Origin: Proteromonas lacertae
Lineage: Eukaryota
NCBI GenBank assembly: GCA_002245135.1
Contig: NGBS01000300.1
Coordinates: 186,001 to 215,349 of the forward strand
Length of the DNA stretch: 29,349 nucleotides
Reading direction: 5' to 3'
Part shown: positions 23,306 through 29,349 of the stretch, one piece after another
Position numbering within the stretch: position 1 is the first letter of the stretch
How the letters are laid out: each line of letters opens with the position of its first letter
Notes under the pieces: model-generated
The model's input: the letters and a program-made list of their open reading frames with translations, nothing else
What the model was told of the DNA's origin: nothing
Database searches by the model: none
Position numbers and translations under genes: made by a program

Positions 23306-24073
23306 TCATTCTTCTACCTCTCCCAAATCCTTATCACTTAAAGCGTTACCAAAGTTAATAGACTTAGCAGCACTAATAAAACCATTACTAATTACTTTCT
23401 TAGCAGGGAATGGTCTACGAGTACTAATTAAATCACTATCTTCTATCTTAGTTCTCTTAATTCTTGGAGGTGAAACAAATTTGTTTTGATTAGCTTGTTC
23501 TTTCTTAATTTTCTTCTCATTACTTCTTCTAATAGTTGTAGCTAAATCAGGATTTTCATCATAACCAACAATATCACTACAAACTCTATGATTAACAAAG
23601 TTTTGAGTACCATTACTCTTAATAGAGATTTGATTATCAACAACACTTACAGCAATTTTACTACCAACATCAACATCAGATGGAACTCTATAGTTACTAT
23701 TATCCCATATCATAATAGAATTGAAATTGTGGAAGTATTTAATACCATGTTGAGGTTCTCTACATCCTACACTAATCAAATATCCACGAATGATTTTTTC
23801 TATAAAGTCATTCTCGTTTCTATCATAAATTTGTTTCAATACATATTTCACTTCATCAGCTGAATATGTTTCAAAATCTCTTCCATTATTAATTACAACT
23901 TTATGATCCAAATCATGAACAAAAGTAATCAATACATATTGACTAGTTTTAGTAGGCTTAACTGTAATACTCTCAACAGTTCCTTTAATAATCCACTTGT
24001 TACATAACTTTGGATTCTTGTAGTAATCACTGAATTCTACATCTGTAGCTTCATAGGGTGTTTCGTTACTCAT
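23306..24073 (-). CDS. Hypothetical protein, probable OB-fold nucleic-acid-binding protein, 255 aa
   Basis: Strand pattern 'WIIKGTVESITVKPTKTSQYVLITFVHD ... SIMIWD ... DVGSKIAV' resembles OB folds, with an insertion; basic disordered tail with acidic tip. Fold call by eye only. Confidence 0.6.
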   Translation of the reverse strand: MSNETPYEATDVEFSDYYKNPKLCNKWIIKGTVESITVKPTKTSQYVLITFVHDLDHKVVINNGRDFETYSADEVKYVLKQIYDRNENDFIEKIIRGYLISVGCREPQHGIKYFHNFNSIMIWDNSNYRVPSDVDVGSKIAVSVVDNQISIKSNGTQNFVNHRVCSDIVGYDENPDLATTIRRSNEKKIKKEQANQNKFVSPPRIKRTKIEDSDLISTRRPFPAKKVISNGFISAAKSINFGNALSDKDLGEVEE

Positions 24074-24158
24074 TTTATATAAGGGAGAGATGAAAATAAA
24101 AAATGATTAAAAAATGTCAAGAAAAATGAAAATGAAATTTTCTTTTTATTTTTAAAGT

Positions 24159-24188
24159 CGACCAATCAAATCATCCGACCAATCAAAT
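24159..24188 (+). promoter_or_regulatory. Tandem CCAAT boxes in the divergent promoter between the OB-fold-like gene and pPolB
   Basis: CGACCAATCAAAT repeated exactly at 24159-24171 and 24176-24188 in the 160-bp intergenic region. Confidence 0.6.
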
Positions 24189-24233
24189 TTCATATTTCCA
24201 TTTTTGATTTATTTCTCGAATTCTGTCTATATA

Positions 24234-27200
24234 ATGAGCAAACATAAAAAGCTTTTAAAAGCATTTTTTAAACTTCTAGAACAAACTTTTAATAAAAATA
24301 AACATCATAAGCATAAGCATCGCCATCATCATAAACATAAACATATAGATGAACTACCACCAGAAGAAGCTCCAAAACGAAGATTAGCGCCATTATTTAG
24401 TACAGATGCTATTCAAAATAAAAAAAGATATAATAATGATATACCAATAATCAGTGATACATTCTTTGGTGGATTAATGCCTTCTTCCCTACCAAAACCT
24501 AACCAAAATCAAAGATTTAATGATAGAATACGTGATGCTAGAGAAGTTGATAAATCATCTCAAGGTGTTACCAGGAAATGGGTTTTCAATTATAATAATA
24601 GAAATTACAGTACACCACAACAATGTTATCATGATTTTGTTAATAATAGTGATATCAAAGATATATTACATGAACTAGCTGATACTATGAATATGATCAA
24701 ATTTTTCTTTATTGTACGTTCAATTTATATACCTGATGAGTCTACTGACAGTGATGATGAAGTTTCTATATTTAGTCGTAGTAGACTATGTGAAATAACA
24801 AAAATGTCTACTGTAGGTGAAATACAAACTATACTGGAGAATATATTTACACAAATATCAGAAGATGATTCAAATCATCCTCAAAGTGGTCTTACTTTTG
24901 CTAGAGTAAATACTATAGAATTATATGTAACAAAATTTAAAGTGATACGTGGAAGTAGTTTTATTGTTTTACCTGCTAAACTTCAAGGTCTTAGATGTTT
25001 AACAAATGTAATAAATGAAGATAATGAATGCTTTAAGTGGAGTGTACTATGCTCTTTATATTCTAATAATCTACAATGTAATAAAGATAAACCTGAAAAA
25101 TACAAAATGTATGAAAAGAAACATGATTGGAGTATGTTAACATTCCCTGTTGATGCTACAGACAATGAATCTATTGATAAGTTTGAAACAAAGAATCGAC
25201 TAAATGTGAATATATTTTATATTGATATTGCTAAAGATAAAGAAGAAATATTCTTACCCATTCATTTATCTAAACAAAAGAAATCTAAAAAATATAGTGT
25301 TGTAAATCTATTGCTAATAAAAAATGAAGATGGAAATTCACACTATGTAACAATAAATACCTTACCTGCTCTATTTAGAAAAATGATAGATAAAAAGAAT
25401 AATACTAATAATATATTTGTGTGTCCATATTGTCTCTTCTATACTTACGATGATGGATCCTTTAATAGTCACCAAATATATGACTGTCAAGATAAAGAGA
25501 ATGTATTAAGATTATTCCCTGATAAAGATGATAAAGAAAAATCATACTTAAAATTTAGACATTGGACTCACCTCCAAACATTGCCAGTTGTTATGTATTA
25601 TGATACTGAAACTTATTTTGTACCATATGATAATGAATTGAATTTAAGTAGATATAAATCTATGGAAGAAATAGATAATAATGATACTAGAATAGAATTA
25701 TCAAAAACTGAGCAATCTATTATGGCTAGGCATAAGCTTTATTCCTACTGTATCTATGTAGATAGTAAAATACCAGATATAAATAGTTTTACTGTGATTA
25801 AATATAAACAAAATGAGGATCATAATATTGAAAATGATTTTGTATTGGATATATTAAATATATATGATCAAATATGTACAGTTTACAGTTATAGACTAGC
25901 TAATCCTAAACCTTTTGATGGAGATGAAATAGCTAAGGATATACATAATAAAAAGAGAAAATGTGACTTTTGTGGTAAACCATTTAATTCTATTGATCAT
26001 GTAAAGGTACTTCACCATGATCATTTCACAGGTCATTATATTGCTTCAATTGGTAGTAATGAGAATCTAAATATTGATATAAAAAAATTAAAAGTACCAA
26101 TAATAGGTCACAATGCTATGAAATATGACCAGCATTTCATAGTAAAGGAATTAGCCAAATTTGCTGCAATAACTAATAGTCCACTCAATATTATACCTAA
26201 TACAGATGAAAACTATAAGTGCATACAATACAAAAATTTGGTGTTTATTGATAGTTATTTATTCTTAGCAGGTTCTTTAGCAAATTTAACTAATGATCTA
26301 AAAATTACAGCAGAATTAAATAATACTAAGAAAGAAAAATTCAAAACAATTTATGAGAATTTTAAAGAATATAATGGACATTACCTAGATGATGAAAATA
26401 TTGAAAAATACTTACTTCAAAAGAATTATTTTCCATATGAGCATATGACATCTCTTGAAGCTTTTGAAGAAAATTTCAAAGATCTTACTATAGATGATTT
26501 TAAGTCTAAATTGAATGATAATGAAACTATTAAACCTGAGGAATTTGATTTTGCTATGGAAGTAAATCAAATATTTGGATTTGATAATATACGTGAATAC
26601 AATTTATTTTACTTGAAAATTGATGTTTATATTCTTCAGTCTATATTTAATGATTTTAGAGATAATATATTTGATACTTTTCACATAGATCCTTGTTGGT
26701 ATATTTCATTACCCAGTTTATCACTTGATTTATTCTTGCATGTATCTGATGTGGAACTTAAATTATTTTGTGAACCTGAATACTATGATTTTATATTGAA
26801 TGGTTTATACGGTGGATTATCATATATTGGTAAGCGTAAGGAAGATGCAAATAACAAATTTATGAAAAATTATGATGAAACTTTACCTAGTAAATTCTTA
26901 TTATATCAAGACTATAATTCTTTATACCCTTCAGTTATGGCTTCTTGTAAAATGCCTTTAGATGACTTTGAATTTATTGATCCAAATTCTATTACATTAG
27001 AAAGTATACTTGATTTACCCTATTATGAAGAAATGGATCAAGATAGATTAGAGAATAATGATTTTGGTTATATATTAGAAGTTGATATCGAATTACCTAT
27101 AGAGCTACAAGACAAGTTTAAAGAATACCCATTGTTACCTGAAAGGAAGAAAATACCTAAAGAATGGTTATCTGATATACAAACTGAAAGAGCTGAAAAT

Positions 27201-28289
27201 CTTGGTATTATACATAAAGAAAGAGGTACTTACCATGCTACTGAGAAATTAATAACTGATTTGTATCCTAAAGAAAAATATATAATACACTACCAAAATT
27301 TGAAGTTTGCAGTTGAACATGGTTATAAAGTGGGTAAAGTGTATAGAATAATGAGATTTACTGAAGGTCTATATATGGGTAAATATATTAATACTATGGT
27401 ACAAAAAAGAGTCCAAGCTAAAGAAAACAATCAAAATACTACTGCAGACTATATAAAGAAATTAATGAATAGTTTATACGGTAAATTTATGGAACGTGTT
27501 GAAAAGAGAAGTAACATTTCTTTAATTACTAATGAAGATCAAATGATTAATGCTGCAAGTGATCCATGGTTTAAAGACTTTATCATTATTGAAGGTGATT
27601 TAAGAATTGCACATTTTCATAAGAAGCTATATGAAATTAATAAACCTATACAAATTGGAATGGTTATCTTAGCACTGTCTAAACTCAAAATGCAAAAATA
27701 TTGGTATGATGTATTAGATAAAAAATATGGATCTGATAAGCTAACACTATGTATGACTGATACTGATAGTTTACTTTTCTCAGTTGAAACTAATGATATT
27801 TTTGAAGACTTAGAGGATCCTATCTTTAATAATTGGATTGATGGAAGTAACTTGAAAAATCCCTATTTAGAAAATTATAAGTTAGATATACATAGAGCTG
27901 TTCATTCAGGTACATTGAATCGATTAAAATTTGAAGAACAGGATAAGAATAATGTAAACCTGTATGTTATAACAAAGTTTATAGGATTAAAATCAAAGTG
28001 CTATATATACGAAAAGGAGAAAGTGAATGATGAATCTGATAATAATACAAATAGTGACAATCGTTGTAAAGGTATTAATGTGAAAGTTTCTAGAAAAATA
28101 ACTTATGACATATACAATGATTTTGTTGAAGGTGCTAGTAAAAGTCAAAAATATGAAGTATGTCAAATCAAATCAATACATCATAATGTTTATACAACAG
28201 TACAAAACAAAACTGGCTTAACCTATTATGATGATAAAAGATATTTTTTTGATAAATACAATACATTGCCATATGGATATAAAAAATAA
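24234..28289 (+). CDS. polB: Protein-primed family B DNA polymerase polyprotein (terminal protein, vOTU, Zn finger, exonuclease with EndoVII-like insert, polymerase), 1351 aa
   Basis: First ATG at 24234. ExoI 'YYDTET', ExoII 'HNAMKYD', ExoIII 'YLKIDV', motif A 'DYNSLYPSVM', motif B 'KKLMNSLYGK', motif C 'TDTDS', plus 'KSKCY', 'KGI' and the terminal 'DDKRY...TLPYGY' typical of Polinton pPolB. Confidence 0.96.
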   Translation: MSKHKKLLKAFFKLLEQTFNKNKHHKHKHRHHHKHKHIDELPPEEAPKRRLAPLFSTDAIQNKKRYNNDIPIISDTFFGGLMPSSLPKPNQNQRFNDRIRDAREVDKSSQGVTRKWVFNYNNRNYSTPQQCYHDFVNNSDIKDILHELADTMNMIKFFFIVRSIYIPDESTDSDDEVSIFSRSRLCEITKMSTVGEIQTILENIFTQISEDDSNHPQSGLTFARVNTIELYVTKFKVIRGSSFIVLPAKLQGLRCLTNVINEDNECFKWSVLCSLYSNNLQCNKDKPEKYKMYEKKHDWSMLTFPVDATDNESIDKFETKNRLNVNIFYIDIAKDKEEIFLPIHLSKQKKSKKYSVVNLLLIKNEDGNSHYVTINTLPALFRKMIDKKNNTNNIFVCPYCLFYTYDDGSFNSHQIYDCQDKENVLRLFPDKDDKEKSYLKFRHWTHLQTLPVVMYYDTETYFVPYDNELNLSRYKSMEEIDNNDTRIELSKTEQSIMARHKLYSYCIYVDSKIPDINSFTVIKYKQNEDHNIENDFVLDILNIYDQICTVYSYRLANPKPFDGDEIAKDIHNKKRKCDFCGKPFNSIDHVKVLHHDHFTGHYIASIGSNENLNIDIKKLKVPIIGHNAMKYDQHFIVKELAKFAAITNSPLNIIPNTDENYKCIQYKNLVFIDSYLFLAGSLANLTNDLKITAELNNTKKEKFKTIYENFKEYNGHYLDDENIEKYLLQKNYFPYEHMTSLEAFEENFKDLTIDDFKSKLNDNETIKPEEFDFAMEVNQIFGFDNIREYNLFYLKIDVYILQSIFNDFRDNIFDTFHIDPCWYISLPSLSLDLFLHVSDVELKLFCEPEYYDFILNGLYGGLSYIGKRKEDANNKFMKNYDETLPSKFLLYQDYNSLYPSVMASCKMPLDDFEFIDPNSITLESILDLPYYEEMDQDRLENNDFGYILEVDIELPIELQDKFKEYPLLPERKKIPKEWLSDIQTERAENLGIIHKERGTYHATEKLITDLYPKEKYIIHYQNLKFAVEHGYKVGKVYRIMRFTEGLYMGKYINTMVQKRVQAKENNQNTTADYIKKLMNSLYGKFMERVEKRSNISLITNEDQMINAASDPWFKDFIIIEGDLRIAHFHKKLYEINKPIQIGMVILALSKLKMQKYWYDVLDKKYGSDKLTLCMTDTDSLLFSVETNDIFEDLEDPIFNNWIDGSNLKNPYLENYKLDIHRAVHSGTLNRLKFEEQDKNNVNLYVITKFIGLKSKCYIYEKEKVNDESDNNTNSDNRCKGINVKVSRKITYDIYNDFVEGASKSQKYEVCQIKSIHHNVYTTVQNKTGLTYYDDKRYFFDKYNTLPYGYKK

Positions 28290-28322
28290 TAATTAATTAA
28301 TACTTATATATTTATTTTTCTT

Positions 28323-28958
28323 TTAAAATACTGCCACCTCTTCATATTGAGGTACAAATTGAGGTACATTTGCAGCTACAATAAATTTTGAGCCATATTG
28401 TGGTGTTTGTTGACTATATTTTCTTGCTTTTTGTGGTATAACATGAAAAGTGTTATCGTATGGATTAATATATTCATCACTAAACTTTTCAGTTTTTATA
28501 GAATCTGCCATTCTATTTAATCTTGTTTTCACTGAATTTATAATATTTTCTCTCACATTTTCTCTTCTTCTCATTCTATTAGTAGTTCTATTCATATCTA
28601 AATCTTTATTTACTGTACTACGTTCTATATTTTTTATTATTGCCTTACGTCTCTCTATAAACTTCCTCACTTGATTGTAAGTTAAAGTATTTGGATCTAA
28701 TTTTACAGGTTCTTCTGGTCTATTACTATATTGTTCATTATATTCTTTCAAATTATCAAAGTATTTGTTTATTCTTTTCAGTTTATCATCAATACTTTCT
28801 TTATTGGAGCAACCTTAATTTCATCTGATTCTTCATTAATAGTTGGAACAATGTTATTAGGGTCGCTGTAATAAGTCAGGATTGACTATATCTGTATTAA
28901 CTGGATTTGGTATTGTTAAATCTAAAGTTGGTTCATTGTATATTAAATCATTCATCAT
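28323..28958 (-). pseudogene. Hypothetical element gene (~210 aa) with two compensating frameshifts
   Basis: ATG at 28958 is in frame with track ORF 28323-28751, but 28815-28859 holds six stops in that frame while the +1 frame reads YYSDPNNIVPTINEESDEIKVAP. I found no intron solution of host-like length. Confidence 0.55.
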
Positions 28959-29349
28959 GGATATTGTACAAGTCCTAAATCATTATAAGAAGGTTTATTT
29001 GCATTATTCATTACACTTGCTAACTGAGCTTCATAAACTGATTTTTCTTCCTCCATTTTTTTTAATAATTGTTGCATGTTATTTTGATAAGTTGCATCAT
29101 TTCCTTTAAGAGCTTTAAATGCTTCATTCTTTATGTATTCTATTTCATTTTGTTTATTTTTTAATGATTGTTCACCTACTAATAAAGTTTCATTTAATTT
29201 CTTTTGTAATAATGCATTTTCTTCAACAGCTGAATTGTATAGCTGTTGTTGTTCTTGCAGTTTTTGTACATATTTATTTATTTCTACTTGAATCTTCATT
29301 TGCATATCCTCTAATTGTGTTTATCTTTATCTCTAGTATTTTGCAATTC
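28955..29349 (-). CDS. C-terminal part of a coiled-coil protein continuing beyond the window
   Basis: Q/E/K/L heptad-like sequence. Upstream of the track start another frame reads ELQNTRDKDK, implying a 1-nt indel in the A-run near 29320. Confidence 0.65.

Larger units (their letters stand above)
18826..29349. mobile_element. Polinton/Maverick-type endogenous DNA virus, left part (left end approximate; continues past window)
   Basis: A protein-primed PolB and a retroviral-like rve integrase occur together among tightly packed intron-free ORFs, in contrast to the intron-rich host genes. The terminus could lie anywhere from 18648 to ~18850; the TIR and TSD cannot be confirmed without the right end. 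Confidence 0.88.

Noticed and set aside
19086..29109. Antisense ORFs in the element (19086, 19393, 20224, 21449, 21742, 23588, 24983, 28450, 28882)
   Set aside because: F/S/L/I-rich mirror translations of purine-rich coding strands.
1..29349. Reassigned stop codons or poly(A)-created stops
   Set aside because: In-frame stops fall in introns or after frameshifts, and the genes with resolved ends have encoded stop codons.
1..29349. CRISPR array, tRNA or rRNA genes
   Set aside because: No repeat-spacer periodicity or recognisable structural RNA gene seen by eye.

Overview
AT-rich eukaryotic (protist) DNA in two parts. Positions 1 to ~18.8 kb are host genes with short (24-70 nt) spliceosomal introns: (1) the 3' ~15 kb of a giant (>4,900 aa in window) type-I membrane lectin/adhesin-like protein with eight tandem ~430-aa modules, broken by four +1 frameshifts; (2) a minus-strand TBC/Rab-GAP gene with an F-box-like N-terminus; (3) a divergent four-TM tetraspanin-like gene; (4) possibly the first exon of another gene. 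Domain style and intron size suggest a Blastocystis-like host (inference only). From ~18.8 kb to the window end lies an intron-free Polinton/Maverick-type endogenous DNA virus. It carries an intact protein-primed PolB (terminal protein, vOTU protease, Zn finger, exonuclease with a degenerate EndoVII insert, polymerase), an rve integrase with a D-D-D triad, a probable OB-fold protein, a Cys4 Zn-finger protein, a small TM protein and coiled-coil ORFs. No capsid or packaging ATPase genes are visible before the window ends. The most notable observation is that two neighbouring host genes each need a minor-spliceosome-type intron with the same divergent donor ATATCATTT and an AA acceptor (AT-AA); a third, AT-AC, candidate lies nearby. 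All domain calls come from reading motifs by eye, not from database searches.
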